64,000 nt of DNA from Eledone cirrhosa (GCA_964016885.1 OZ024741.1:102734001-102798000); one strand, 5' to 3'. Numbered from the stretch's first letter, positions 44,558-61,075 are shown. Numbers and translations: made by a program. Notes: generated by a model not told the origin, from the letters alone.

Positions 44558-44563
<6 letters not shown>

Positions 44564-45557
44564 AAGTAAGTCCTTCATCGGTGACCCTCCAACCGTCCTA
44601 GGCATTTCATCGCTTTAAGGGCCATATACCTCAGGTTGGTGCGAACAACGGCTAAAAAAAGTCGTTGGGACACGTAAATAAAGGGGACGTTAGGGTGAAC
44701 AAACAAAATGGTTTAAGCAACAGAAAGTGAGAAGAAAGAGACAAGTCCCAGATTTCTATGAATATAAACTCGGTGAAATCGTGAACAAGAGAATAAAGAC
44801 CATCAAACCTGGTTGAAATGTGAGCAAGGAAGGAATTTCGCACAGGTCTAACGGGGGGAAGAAGAAGGGGTCTGGTCTGCGAATTCGGTAAACATAAGTT
44901 CTGTGAAGTCGCAGGCGAGAGAGAGACAGAGAAAAAAAATTCATACCGGCATGGCCAAGAGCGCGCGAGAAAAGAAATCGGACAGGTCAAACGGGAAGAA
45001 AGAGGAGGAAAGAGGAGGGGGAGGATGAGGAGAGGTAGTGACAGAGAATGAGTGAGTGAAAGTTGAGGAGGAGGCTAAGAGAGAGAGAGACTGCTAGAAA
45101 GGGTAAAGATACAAAGAACGAAACAGACGGGTGGCAGCAGAGGAAAAAATATATGTGTAAATTTGATAATAATGGAGCTGCGGCGTTGCAAATGGGTTAC
45201 ATATGAAAAAGTAAGTCCTTCATCAGTGACCCTCCAACCGTCCTAGGCATTTCATCGCTTTAAGGGCCATATACCTCAGGTTGGTGCGAACAACGGCTAA
45301 AAAAAGTCGTTGGGACACGTAAATAAAGGGGACGTTAGGGTGAACAAACAAAATGGTTTAAGCAACAGAAAGTGAGAAGAAAGAGACAAGTCCGAGATTT
45401 CTATGAATATAAACTCGGTGAAATCGTGAACAAGAGAATAAAGACCATCAAACCTGGTTGAAATGTGAGCAAGGAAGGAATATCGCACAGGTCTAACGGG
45501 GGGAAGAAGAAGGGGTCTGGTCTGCGAATTCGGTAAACATAAGTTCTGTGAAGTCGC

Positions 45558-45593
<36 letters not shown>

Positions 45594-46833
45594 AAATTCA
45601 TACCGGCTTGGCCAAGAACGCGCGAGAAAAGAAATCGGACAGGTCAAACGGGAAGAAAGAGGAGCAAAGAGGAGGAGGAGGAGGAGAGGTAGTGACAGAG
45701 AATGAGTGAGTGAAAGTTGAGGAGGAGGCTAACAGAGAGAGAGACTGCTAGAAAGGGTAATGATACAGAGAACGAAACAGACGGGTGGCAGTAGAGGAAA
45801 AAATATATGTGTAAATATGATAATAATGGAGCTGCGGCGTTGCAAATGGGTTACATATGGAAAAGTAAGTCCTTCATCAGTGACCCTCCAACCGTCCTAG
45901 GCATTTCATCGCTTTAAGGGCCATATACCTCAGGTTGGTGCGAACAACGGCTAAAAAAAGTCATTGGGACACGTAAATAAAGGGGACGTTAGGGTGAACA
46001 AACAAAATGGTTTAAGCAACAGAAAGTGAGAAGAAAGAGACAAGTCCCAGATTTCACTCACTCATTCTCTGTCACTACCTCTCCTCCTCCTCCTCCTCCT
46101 CCTCCTCTTTCCTCCTCTTTATTCCCGTTTGACCTGTCCGATTTCTTTTCTCGCGCACTCTTGGCCAAGCCGGTATGAATTTTTTTTTTCTCTCTCTCTC
46201 TCTCTCTCTCTCTCGTCTGCGACTTCACAGAACTTATGTTTACCGAATTCGCAGACCAGACCCCTTCTTCTTCCCCCCGTTAGACCTGTGCGAAATTCCT
46301 TCCTTGCTCACATTTCAACCAGGTTTGATGGTCTTTATTCTCTTGTTCACGATTTCACCAAGTTTATATTCATAGAAATCTGGGACTTGTCTCTTTCTTC
46401 TCACTTTCCGTTGCTTAAACCATTTTGTTTGTTCACCCTAACGTCCCCTTTATTTACGTGTCCCAACGACTTTTTTTAGCCGTTGTTCGCACCAACCTGA
46501 GGTATATGGCCCTTAAAGCGATGAAATGCCTAGGACGGTTGGAGGGTCACTGATGAAGGACTTACTTTTCCATATGTAACCCATTTGCAACGCCGCAGCT
46601 CCATTATTATCATATTTACACATATATTTTTTCCTCTGCTGCCACCCGTCTGTTTCGTTCTTTGTATCTTTACCCTTTCTAGCAGTCTCTCTCTCTGTTA
46701 GCCTCCTCCTCAACTTTCACTCACTCATTCTCTGTCACTACCTCTCCTCCTCCTCCTCTTTCCTCCTCTTTCTTCCCGTTTGACCTGTCCGATTTCTTTT
46801 CTCGCGCGTTCTTGGCCAAGCCGGTATGAATTT

Positions 46834-46890
<57 letters not shown>

Positions 46891-47284
46891 TGCGACTTCA
46901 CAGAACTTATGTTTACCGAATTCGCAGACCAGACCCCTTCTTCTTCCCCCCGTTAGACCTGTGCGAAATTCCTTCCTTGCTCACATTTCAACCAGGTTTG
47001 ATGGTCTTTATTCTCTTGTTCACGATTTCACCGAGTTTATATTCATAGATATCTGGGACTTGTCTCTTTCTTCTCACTTTCTGTTGCTTAAACCATTTTG
47101 TTTGTTCACCCTAACGTCCCCTTTATTTACGTGTCCCAACGACTTTTTTTAGCCGTTGTTCGCACCAACCTGAGGTATATGGCCCTTAAAGCGATGAAAT
47201 GCCTAGGACGGTTGGAAGGTCACTGATGAAGGACTTACTTTTTCATATGTAACCCATTTGCAACGCCGCAGCTCCATTATTATC

Positions 47285-47285
<1 letters not shown>
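44558..47285. repeat. Array of a ~650-bp unit: ~2.3 copies in one orientation then ~1.9 inverted copies, flanked by (TA)n
   Basis: gtaagtccttcatc at 44566, 45211 and 45865; orientation switch at 46052-46055; inverted units start at ~46052 and ~46715. Confidence 0.95.
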
Positions 47286-47324
<39 letters not shown>

Positions 47325-47578
47325 AGCGAAATCTGTCCACGTCTTGAACATTGGGTGACACCTAAAAGTCAAATTCTAGGACACCATCCTTTTCGGTGTG
47401 GACAGGTTCATGCGTGGGCGATCCCTCAAGATTTGAGACAGAAAGCGACAGGTATATAAAGCCTATATTTTCCCACGTTTTACACACAGGAGATCGGAGC
47501 AGTACGCTATAGTTCTAGCTATGTAAAGATTCAACGCTACCTACAGGCCGCAGAGGTCTACAGTCAACCAGAGACCAT

Positions 47579-47687
<109 letters not shown>

Positions 47688-47694
47688 TATGTAC

Positions 47695-47784
47695 ACGTAC
47701 ATACATATATGTATACAGACGTACAGTAGTATGTATATAAATATACATACTACTGTACGTCTGTATACATATATGTATGTACGT
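47695..47784. repeat. Perfect 90-bp hairpin within a (TA)n-flanked insert present only in the 5' LTR
   Basis: acgtacatacatatatgtatacagacgtacagtagtatgtatat-aa-exact reverse complement. Confidence 0.9.
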
Positions 47785-47831
47785 AACAGCCGTACTAAGA
47801 GTGGGAAATGAAATTTCGTTTCATTTTTTCC

Positions 47832-47879
<48 letters not shown>

Positions 47880-48015
47880 TTCCTGATCTCAGACTACCCC
47901 AACCAACAACAAAATAACATTGTCAACCTTCGCAACTCGTGGTAACTTTTTTTTTGTTATTTCATCTAAAAACCACATTATCTCTAACACTCACCACTAA
48001 TACCCTTCGTTACAT

Positions 48016-48031
48016 TGGTGACCCCGACGTG
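48016..48031 (+). promoter_or_regulatory. Primer-binding site complementary to the tRNA-Trp 3' end
   Basis: TGGTGACCCCGACGTG one base after the LTR-terminal CA; reverse complement CACGTCGGGGTCACCA matches the metazoan tRNA-Trp 3' end as I recall it. Confidence 0.8.
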
Positions 48032-48287
48032 TAAAATAAAATATGAACTGGTATCTTAAAAAAAAAGCAACACGCATTTTTCTGATCATGGCTTCCATTG
48101 CCAACATCAACAACCTTCTCTTACCGAGCTTCTAATCTATATGGTACGATATCATAAAACTTCATTTCAAATTATTCACCAAACTCCCATCCTACGGAAT
48201 ATTTACAGTGACTTCGCTTTCATGTTTCGATTCATTACCAAACACTTCACCACGTGCTTCGTAATATCCAACAAGAACAAGAACAAG

Positions 48288-48318
<31 letters not shown>

Positions 48319-50539
48319 TACAATACTACTAGCTTCCTAGCAAGAAAACGATCGCATAAAGAAGAGAAAACTGAACTTTTTGTAAAGAACAATTATATAA
48401 ATATTTTTTTAAATTTTGTTTACAGTTTATATATGAAACCTTCATTTTAATTTTTTAATTTGTTTTACTGTATTATATGCCTGTATGAACATACACGTTT
48501 TGCATCAAACACACATCATTTTCTTTGTCACACACCAACATGTTTTTGTCTATGGTATATTTTGGATTCGGTTGGGTTTCTGCGAGATCACTTTTCAACG
48601 GATCGAGGTTCGGCAACAGCTATTAAACACATGAGTAACAACCCACGGGTACTACTAGCCTGGACACACTCAGGCAGACAACTCAAAATTGCACACACTC
48701 ATGTCATAGCGTAAACCTCGAGTCACTGGAAAAGCATCTTACGTATGATGGTACATCGAGAGAAATAGTCCACTGTATTATCATATCGTAATCCGAAACG
48801 TTCAGCCAACCATACACAACAGTTCAAAATACATGATCACAACTTTGTATATTTACACTTTCTTCTAAATGTTACACACACATGCATACACAGTTATACG
48901 ATTTTTTTTTCTCTCTCCAAATTTCTCTGCACTCGAAATGCGGGCGGAGTACCCACATTTTGTGAGTTTTGGGACACGCTTCTGGAATCAGATTTCGCTA
49001 CCCCTTTTATAATCGATCGCTGCTCCTGCATCGATGTGGGTAGGGAACTAATGTAGCGAAATCTGTCCACACCTTGAACATTGGGTGACACCTAAAAGTT
49101 AAATTCTAGGCCACCATCCTTTTCGGTGTGGACAGGTTCATGCGTGGGCGATCCCTCAAGGTGGGAGACAGAAAGCGACAGGTATATAAAGCCTATATTT
49201 TCCCACGTTTTACACACAGGAGATCGGAGCAGTACGCTATAGTTCTAGCTATGTAAAGATTCAACGCTACCTACAGGCCGCAGAGGTCTACAATCAACCA
49301 GAGACCATTACTCTCTCTCTCTCTCTCCCTCTCTCTCTCTCTCCCTCCTAGTCTCAGACTACACTAACCAACAACAAAATAACATTGTCAACCTTCGCAA
49401 CTCGTGGTAATTTGTTTATTGTTAGTTTTGACTGAAGTGAAGTAAACCTTTTTATATATAAAGTAAATCAGCCATTCTTGTTATTATCTCTAACAATAAC
49501 TACAAATACCCTTCGTTAATATATATATATATATATGGGGGGGGGGGGCGAGTTGTATGTGTGTGTGTATCATATTTATCTCGTTTTGTGGATAAAATCC
49601 TCTAAACAGCCCCACCTGATTGAGTTTCTAGCTGGAGTTGCAGGATATCTGGTTCTCTGTAAATTTAGAACTGGGGTCCGTTAGTTAAGTTCATCATTTC
49701 AAGTATAATAATATAATAATATAATACACCCACGCAACTGTGTAGGCATACTTCTGTAAATATAAACAATTTTATCTTATGATTGATACACTTGCTGTGT
49801 AACTATCTATAACGGTAGCATTTGTAGCAGGACCTGCAGGAAAATGTATTGGTACTCACAAGTTGTGAATCACTAATAGTATATGATTTGAAGATTTCCA
49901 TGCAAAAACATTGTCTCTGATACTAATCTGTTGCGTCAATTCTAATTCACAAACTTTTAATCGCTGTTTTTGAAAACGTCGTGTAGAAAACTTCTTATAC
50001 ATACTTTTAAAATTTATTCTATAAAGTGTCCTGAAATTCTATCCCGCGTGGTGCATAGCAAACTTCATCTACCTTAATTGCCATCCGTAGATACACGTTT
50101 GATCATCTAATTACAGTCAATATACCTCAACTGAAGACAAGATATGGCGTTATAAAGGCCGTCCAATTCTGTGAAAGCCTTCATAATTGAAACAAAGCTA
50201 CTTTAGGAGAGCGAAAGTATACTAAAGACTCGGCTATGTTATTTCTATAGGAGGAATTCTAACAGATGAAAGGAAACGGTTTGGCGTTTTCCATTTGAAA
50301 ATCCTAAATATTATTATATGTATGCTATACGCTTGGAAATACCATTTGATATGGTTAATTAGATTATCTAACAAACCTAGCGGGTGGTAGTTTATTATGA
50401 TTACAAAACACGTGCCGCTCATTGTTGACCGTTACTAGGGGGGTTCAATGAAAAGCTGTGAGAAAAGTTAATATCAGTTATATTTATAACTTTAGTTGGC
50501 ATGCGTGAGAGATAGAATACGCACACATGTAAGCACACA

Positions 50540-50603
<64 letters not shown>

Positions 50604-50736
50604 TATTGAAGTTTCCGTTGAAAATTGAAAAAGTCATAGGAGTGAAGAGTGCTCTATGTAAGTACCAGAGCAAAATTTAATGTATAATAATAGATAGATA
50701 TAAAAAAACATAGATATATTATATTGTTTATTATAC

Positions 50737-52790
<2,054 letters not shown>

Positions 52791-52825
52791 GCATGTATAT
52801 TATGAACTTATTATTATTATTATTA

Positions 52826-54910
52826 TTATGTGTGTCTCCTCTTGCAATTTCTCATTACCATCTTATCAATAAGTAACTGGTCTTTTGTACCACGTGACTT
52901 CTTTCGGCATCCTTTCTGTTCGTCCGGTAACAAGTTGTTTATGTGGAGGTGATGGTAGATTTCCTCGGACACAATGCTTGTTAACATTATCCACATTATG
53001 GACAGACATGTGATAGGTCTATAGTTGGTAACATCATTACCCTTGATTCGGTGTTTCATTACCAGAACTGTGGTACCTATTGTAAACCACTCTGGTACCT
53101 CACACGACATCAAGCAGTCATTGAACATGCTTGTCAGTTTCGGGTGGAGAGATGTTATATTTTTGATCCAATACCCCTGCACACCATCTGGGCCTGGTGA
53201 TTTCCAGTTGGTTAGTATTTTGGCCTGCCCTTTAAGAGTTTCAACTGTGATACTCAAATTAGTTTGTTGCTGTGCTTGTTCACTAATCTCCTTTTGTACT
53301 GTCTCAATCCACACTGCCTGATCATTATGTTCAACATCCTGCTCCGATATTCCTCTCCAGAATGTCTTAGTCTGTTCCGCCCCAGGGATCAAGTCGTTGC
53401 CTCTTTCTTTCCATTCAAACTGTCCAAACAACATCTTCTGGTTATTGTCAAACATGCGGTTCTGTCTATATTGACTGACTCTGCTCTCATACCGCCTAAT
53501 TTCTGCACTCTTTGCTACAATGTGTTGCTTCAGTTCCTCTATGATGATATTTAGCTTTTTCCTCCTAGTTTTGTACTTTATTTCCAGTCTATTTTTAATG
53601 TCTATGTTTTGTAGTGGCCAATTCAGTAGAGACTCAAGCTTTCTAATGTCATTTCTCATTTCCTTGATTTGACCATTCAGTCGTTTCTTCCACCAAGGTT
53701 CTGATCTTTCTTGTTTGTTGTTTCCTCTCGTTTTTATGCCAAGTAATTTCCTCACCGCATTTGCTGTTGCTTTGAGGATATTGTTGCATTGGTGAAGGTT
53801 CCTCGCCTCAAGGCATTCATTTCCTCAATGGCCGTATTTTTGTTCCAGATGTTATTTATTTCAGCATTCAGATCATTGTCTGCTTCGGATGTTTCCTCCG
53901 TTCTCTGGCTCGTTTGCCTGGCATACTCCACTCTCCATTTCTAACCTAATCTCTCTGCTCAGTTCCCCCAGTTCCAACTCGCTTATCCATCCATTAGTTC
54001 TTATTACTCGAGCCTGCCCGGCCAATTTTTGTTCATCTAATTTAAATAGTCCAATCTCGTTCCAGATGTTATGCATCCGTTTCCTATAGCCTCAGATATT
54101 CAGGACGTATCGGAGGGTTCTTGCTGTTCCCAGCAAGCATGCCTTTTGAAGCGTTCCAAAAAGCGTGAAGGGGCCAATTTTCTTTAACCATCCCTGGAAA
54201 CTTTTTGAGATAGTCCCTAGTGCGCCTATGACAATCGGGATCACTTTGACTTCATCGCAGTTCCAAATCCTTTTTACCTCCCACTTTAGGTCCTGGTATC
54301 GGTTAATTTTCTCCCTCTCCTTCTCTTGCACTCTCGTGTCAAATGGACAGGCCACATCCACAATCAGGTACGATCTTTTTTCTTTGTCCACAACCACCAG
54401 GTCAGGTCTATTGTGTTCCAGTTTCTTGTCCGTCTGTATCCTAAAATCCCACAGCACCTTCACCTGATCGTTCTCTATCACCGCCTCTGGCTTATTGTCA
54501 TACCATTTCTCAGAATGTGGTAAATTGTTTACTTTGCACAGGTGCCAGTGGATCACCCTGCCCATCACATCATGTCTCCAGCCCTTATAGTGGGTCTGGG
54601 CTAGGTGTTTACACTCGGATACAATGTGAGCCACAGTCTCCTCTCTCCACAGATCCTGCACAGTGGGCTAGCCGCCTCTTTGTAAATATGGTGTTTCAAC
54701 CACTTCGTTTTGAGGGCCTGCTCCTGCGCAGCCATTAACATTCCTTCTGTAGCCTTTTTAAGGTCTCCTCTTTTCAACCAGTTCCATGTCTGTGGATCTC
54801 TAAATTCAGTTTTCTCAAAGAAGGTACTATGAAGGGATTTTTCCTGAAGGCTGCTCTTTCTCCTTGATGTTATTTCCTCTTTGGACATCCCCTGGCATCC
54901 TTCAGTACAG
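52826..54910 (-). mobile_element. R4/Dong-like element, family B: C-terminal CCHC/RLE piece (54092-54910) joined to an N-terminal piece (52826-54090)
   Basis: CRIC..ETVAHIVSEC..RHD..RPDLVVVD..DVACP..RYQDL; then GYRKRMHNIW..WKSPGPDG..NYRPITCL..QKGC; (TAA)n at both ends. Confidence 0.85.
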
Positions 54911-54920
54911 ATTATTATTG

Positions 54921-54952
<32 letters not shown>

Positions 54953-57900
54953 GAGTCTAAACGGACGTTTTTTTGCTCGCTCCCGTAAGTTTATTTATTT
55001 ACCTTTCAAAACTTATTTATTGGATCTTTTTGTTGTTGTGTAAGGCATACAAGCCCTTGGACTTTGCCATGTGAAGGGGAAAGAATAATATTTGTGCCTT
55101 TTGGCCCAAATATTTGAACTCTTTTGCATTTTTTAAAAGATTATCGAAAAAAAAAAAAAAACATGGCTGAGCCACACCCCCAGCGATATGTCTGCTGTCG
55201 TGCGACAACGACGTAGAAGTTGAGAGGAGTGCTACGGCGAAATTAACAGAAATTGATACAACAAACACCACCACAAACAATGTGAACAATGACAGCAATG
55301 ATAACAACACTGAGAACTCTAATTTTGAAAAAGAATGACAGTAAGAGCGACAACGAAATTACAGATAACAGAAATAATGACAATGCAACAACAATATCAA
55401 CAACACTACCATGAAAACAAATAGCGACAACACCAACAGCAACAATACCAACTACACCGAGAACAACGGCGGCACCAAAGACAACACTGATAACAGCGAC
55501 AGTGATAACAACAACACCAACGAGAACAACAACAACAACAACACCCCGAACGACAACAAGAAGAACACTTTCGCTGCGGCAGCAAAAAAGAGGCCATGCT
55601 TCCACATGGACCTCTCAAACAAAGATGAAAAGTTGGCCCAGGCCTGGAAGCTCATCAAGCAAAGCAAACCTGGGGCAACTTAACTGTCCCGGTAGAAGCT
55701 ATTGAGGCAGTGGAGCGCAGAACGGTGCATTATAGATGCATCTCAGCACAAACCAAAAGGGCAGCTTTAATTCCACAAGCAGATGTCGAAGTCACGCTGA
55801 GGTGCATCAGAGATGACACCGAATACATAGCGAGGGGCAGACAGTACGGCACCATTTCGGTGCTGTTCAAGTCAGAAGCCCTCGCTATGAAAACGCTATG
55901 ACTCCTTGCATAATGTACCCCTCCCACATGGGAAAAAGAACCGCTCGTCTCCGCATTCCCAGAATCCCACCAGCACTTGACATGTGGTGGCTTCTGGGAT
56001 GTGTGATTGTGGAGGGGACGGATACCGTCCCGATAGAAGTGATAAGAACGGCCAGAGAGGACTGGTCCGGGGTTGACCTGGAGATACTTCTCCAGATCAG
56101 GCCCGAAAAAGTAAAGACAATCCGGACCACATCCGCCTTCAAAATGGGACGGCCATTCATATTATGACCCAGGGCAAAGGTGGCATTGTTTTTGTTTGTG
56201 GGGAAAAAACCCATTTGCGAGCCTTCTGCCCTCAACTGCTGAATTATGCGAGGGGTCGAAGAGCTCCACTGCTGCTGACGCCGGGGCGAGGACCACAAGC
56301 AACACCAGCACCGGCAAAACCACCAACAACACCAATAGAAAGACCACCACCAACATTGACCATCAAGGGGGAAAATGAGGAAAGTTGTCAAATTCCCCCT
56401 CCCTCCAAAAATATACACATCAATAAAAACATAAACACACACACAAACACACTTACAGACACAGGCCCCTCATCTACCAGTAGTGAAGATGAGGGAAAAC
56501 CCAAATCCCCCAAAATACGAAAAAAGGAAACACAAAAAGGAAAAAAAAACTCAACAAAGCACAAAATCACCCACAATAAAAAATGCAGACACCACCCACG
56601 CAAACTCTATCCAATAACACCAACATCAACACCACCATCACCATCACCAGAATCTCCCAAACGCAAACAACCTAAACAGACGCAAGAACAAATACACACA
56701 AACATCTGAAACCACAGACACCGCACTCACAACAAACACAGACACAACCGAAACAACACCACCAAAACCATCACCACCACAGCCACGCAAACAAATAAAA
56801 TCACACCAACAAAACATACAAAACTTCGTGCTCGTCAGGAGGGCCAACAAGGAACTGATGGCCCTCGTAGCACTAAGTGAAAATATACAAAATCGAGCAC
56901 ATTTCGCGTGCCGGAAGATTTGTTTCTGGTGCGAATGTCGCTCGATTTATACAAAGAGATACGTGAGGGCTTTCCTCGGGACGTGGGAACCCCGAACGTA
57001 AAACCCACTTCAAGACTTTTAAAGGGGTTCCCAAAATGGAGGTCGAACCACCCGACCTTCACAAGAGCCCGGAAGGTAAGTAAACCTTTCCTCTCTCTCT
57101 TTTAACCTGCCAACATTAAGAGTATGAAGTTTAAATTTTCGAGTCCTGGGATCGTCCTGGATGCAGCTCAACCTGCTCAACGACCTAATGTCTCTAGAAA
57201 TAGATGTAATTGCCGTCAGCGAGACCAGGATTTCCAACACGCGCGCACTAGCCCCCATTTTCGACGACTATCAAATCTTTGCATCTGATAGTCGGCCGGG
57301 AATGGAATGTGGGGTGGCAGTATTGTTTAGGAAAGGCCTGGATCTCGAGGTAAGGTCGATCTTCCGGGACCCGGACGGGAAGTTGGTGGTCCTGGACGTG
57401 AACAATAACGAAGTTATTGCCTTTAACGAAGTTATTGCCGAAGTTAGTGCCTTTAGACTGGTGGCCGTCTACGCCCCTACTGAGGCAGGACGCCCGGACT
57501 TCTTTAGACTCCTGGAAGCCATTCTGGGTACGTCTCGCCCTTTACTGTTAGCGGGGACTGGAACGGCATCTTAGACGCACACTGGGACTGTGTGGGAGTA
57601 TCCGATAGGAGCGGGGGGTGCAAAAGCCTCAAGAACCTGATCAGCCAGTTCCAACTGTCTGACAGGTACCGACTAGATTTCTCTAATGCGCCAGTGTGGA
57701 CCTGGACTAACCGCATACGGTCATCTAGATCGTATATAGACAGGATATTCATTAGGAAAATAGACAGAAATAGTGTAAGCTGTCCACATTTTAAAACGGT
57801 CGCCTATTCAGATCACAAGTTTGTGATCTGTATGGTCGACCTAGATAAGATGCGTAGGTTAGGACCTGGTTACTGGAAGCTAAACATGTCATTTCCGGCA

Positions 57901-60790
57901 CGTAAGGCTTACAGAGACCAGGTCAACAATTTAGCTGAGAAAAAGTTGACAGGGGGAGTCGTCAACAATAGATGGTGGGGGGCTCTCAAAAGAGAGATTA
58001 GAGTAATGTCGATAGAGTTTAGCAAAGAAGTAGCGTTAGAGAAAAATAGAAAGGAGGGGGAGTTGGTAGATAAGTTAGACGAGGCTATTGGTAGTCGCAT
58101 TGCAACTGACGTGCTAGCGGCGAGACTGGCATTAGACCATTTCTTCAATGCGAAACACGAAGGTTGCATTGTCAGAGCAAAGTCGCGGACTCTGAGAAAC
58201 GAGGGAACCAAAGCTGTTCGATGGGCCTGCGTGGCAGAGGCGCAGCGTGGTAATAAAATCACGATTCAGTCTTTGACGGACCGAGACGGGCACGAGCTGA
58301 GCAATTCCAAGCGGATGTGTGAGGCCTTTCGCCAATATTTTGCTCGGTTGTTCGGGGGAAGTGAGGGGTTGGGACGGAGGCGGACTTCAGTTCCTACCTC
58401 GTTGGCTTGCCGCAACTCTCGACGGCCGACGCTGGGCGCTGCGAAAGACCGATTACTTCAGCCGAGATTCAGGATGCCCTTGTCGGCTGCATGAGGCGCA
58501 AGTCATCCGGTTTGGATGGTCTGCCCTACGAGCTTTACGTAAATATGCCAGACTTGTTCCCCAATCTCCTCGAAGCGCTCTACTGCAACTGGCAGCAGAA
58601 CGGGAGTATTCCCAGATCTGTGAGCCGGGGCGTAGTGACGCTGATAAGGAAATACAAGAACAAGAGGGACACATTAGACAATTTCAGGCCCATAACTCTG
58701 CTCAACACAGAGATCCACGGTGTTAACGAAGAGGTTGGCGCTTGTCGTCGGGGATTTGGTTGGGGAGGTGTAAACTTGCGCAATCCCAACCAGTTCCATA
58801 CACGACAACCTCCACCTAATGCGATACATCATAGAGAGGGTAGGGTGTAAACCTGGCTTCGGTGGGGCTCTGATCAATTTAGATCAATCGAAAGCATTCG
58901 ATAGGGTCGACCATCGGTACCTGGAAGGCTGTCCTCAAGGTGGCTGGCTTCGGCCTCGTCTTCAGAAGCTGGATCGCTGCAATGCACAGTGGCACCTGCT
59001 CGGTGGTCAAAATTAATGGCCACCTCTCGGAACCGTTTCAGGTCTCCCGATCGGTCTGTCAAGGGTGCCCTTTCTCCTCCCTTCTGTACCTATTGACTCT
59101 CGAGCCTTTACTGCGGAAGCTGGAGCTGTTGCAGAACATTCCGCTCGAACCGGGACGCGGAAAGGCTGTGTCGGCTTATGCGGACGACATCACCGTGATG
59201 GTGCCGGACACCTCAGAAATCGACGTGGTCGGTAACTTATTGGAGGAATATTAAAGGTTGACCGGAGCAAAACTTAACCCGGAAAAGTCGGTGGGCTTGC
59301 AACTCGGCACCTGGAGAGGCAAGTCCATGCCGTCCAACAGCGTCGTTAGGCGCTGGACGGACGGACGGACCGGTAAAGTTGCTCGGGGTTTGGTTCGGGC
59401 CAGACCTCCAGGTGGATAAGAATTGGGACGAGGTGACGGGCAGCGTAGCCGGTCTCACCCAGAAATGGGCTGGGAGGAAGCTATCACTGAAAGTTCGGGC
59501 GGGGGTGGCGAACTCGTACATCGCGTCCGTCATCTACTACCGTCTGACCGTCGTCCCTTGCCCCCGTTCTCGCCTCGCCATCTTGGAGCGGCTCCTCTTC
59601 AAATTCTTGTGGAGGGGTCAGGTTCCGCTGGTGAGGCGGTCCATATGCTGCCAGCACCCTCTACGTGGAGGGCTGGGCATGCCGTGGCTAATGATGCGCA
59701 GACACGCGCTGAGGCTGCGGCATCTCCAGATATTCTGCCTAAACGGTGAACAGGTGTGGTCGCCGTTTATCAGACGGGCCTTTCGCCAGCTCCTTTCTTT
59801 GACTGAGCTGCAGTCCTGGGTCAAGAAGAGACAGAGACTGGGTGAGTGGCATCTGGAATGTTGCCAGGCACTCACTGCCCTCTACCAGGCGGGCAATGCG
59901 GTCAGTGGAACTTCCACTCTTGAGTTCTATAGAGGATTAGTGGTGGGAAAGTGCGACGACGCTCTCGGAGAGCCGCTGGGAGTAGACGAAGTCGAACTAA
60001 CCAGTCTGTACCGGAGAACTTTCGAGCCGGAGACGATGGATAATTTCCCCAAATCCGTCGCTTGGCAGTGCTACCGGGGGGCACTGCCGATTCGAGATAA
60101 ACTCTACAGGCACGGAAGTGCTGTCAGACAGACCTGCCCGAGATGCGCGCAGAGCGACGAAACCGTTCTGCACACACTCGTCCAGTGTCCGTGCATTACT
60201 GACTTGTGGAGTTATGTCGAACACCTGTTGTCGCGTGTAGAACGGATCCGGCTATCGGCCGAGTCCATAGTGAAGAGCGACCCGCCGCCTTCTTTTGGCC
60301 AGGAAGGGCAGGAATTTTCCTCTGTCTGGTGGCAGTAGCGAAAGAGGTTGTATGGTGGACGAGGTTGAAAGGAGTGAAGACAGACACTTTTCTCTTCGGC
60401 CAATCCCTCACCAACTTTTTCAAGTTTCACTTGGAAAGGAAGGTGAGGGTGGAGAGAGTGCTGCCCCCCCCCAGTACATTTGCTGAAAGGTGGATGAATG
60501 TGGCGACAATGGCCCGTGTGAGTGGGCCTACTCTGGTCATGCGCCTATAGATGGGTAAATTTGAGGAGGAGAGGGGTGCCCTTCCAGGGTGCTCTCGAAG
60601 CGTCGGGTCGTTCAGGGTTGGTGGGGGTACCTGAGCGAACCCTGGGTGGTCATGCCCCCATATTGGGGAATTTTTCTTGTTACTTTGTTTGTGTCATTCA
60701 TATTGTTTACTCGATTTTTCTGTAAAACCTCACTGTCCCAGTCTTTTGTATTGTCCCCTATATGTCGGTCCTTGTGGCCAATAAATGAAA
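54953..60790 (+). mobile_element. Near full-length decayed Tx1/L1-clade LINE flanked by (ATT)n
   Basis: Asn/Thr-rich ORF1 from ~55163 with QYGTISVLF and a CCHC-type knuckle (VCGEKTHLRAFC); ORF2 IAVSETR, VYAP, YSDH, NFRPITLLN, LDQSKAFD, QGCP, YADD, CPRC..HTLVQC; frameshifts. Confidence 0.9.
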
Positions 60791-60828
60791 TCATTACCAA
60801 TAAAGAAATCATTATTATTATTATTGCT

Positions 60829-61055
60829 GGCGGTGGATTGGCAGTATCAGTAGAGGGTCGGACGCCATGCTTTCCAGCATAGTTACGTCCCTTTACGATC
60901 TGAGTTCAAATCCCGCCGAGGTTGACTTTGCCTTTCATCCTTACAGGGTCGATAAAATAAAGTACCAGTAATGTACTGGATAATTGCTGGCCTTGTGCCT
61001 AAAGTAGAAACAATTATTATTATTGCTGGCCTTGTGCCAAAAGTAGAAACAATTA
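60829..61055 (+). mobile_element. tRNA-derived SINE (same family as 39709) with duplicated 3' tail
   Basis: ggcggtggattggcagtatc..gagttcaaatccc..ggtcgataaaataaagtaccag; ttgctggccttgtgcc.aaagtagaaacaatt twice. Confidence 0.9.
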
Positions 61056-61075
61056 TTATTATTATTATTATAGTT

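Noticed and set aside
44652-47152. Repeated 108-116-aa ORFs (MTCPISFLA...) in the 650-bp array
   Set aside because: Mostly non-ATG starts, no recognisable domain, and frame depends on (CT)n length; recurrence just reflects the DNA repeat.
44558-47285. CRISPR-like or prokaryotic repeat array
   Set aside because: Units are ~650 bp with no unique spacers and no cas genes; the context is eukaryotic.
49590-50520. Unique-looking ~900-bp stretch that might be an exon or DNA-transposon relic
   Set aside because: No ORF with a recognisable motif and no terminal repeats found by eye.
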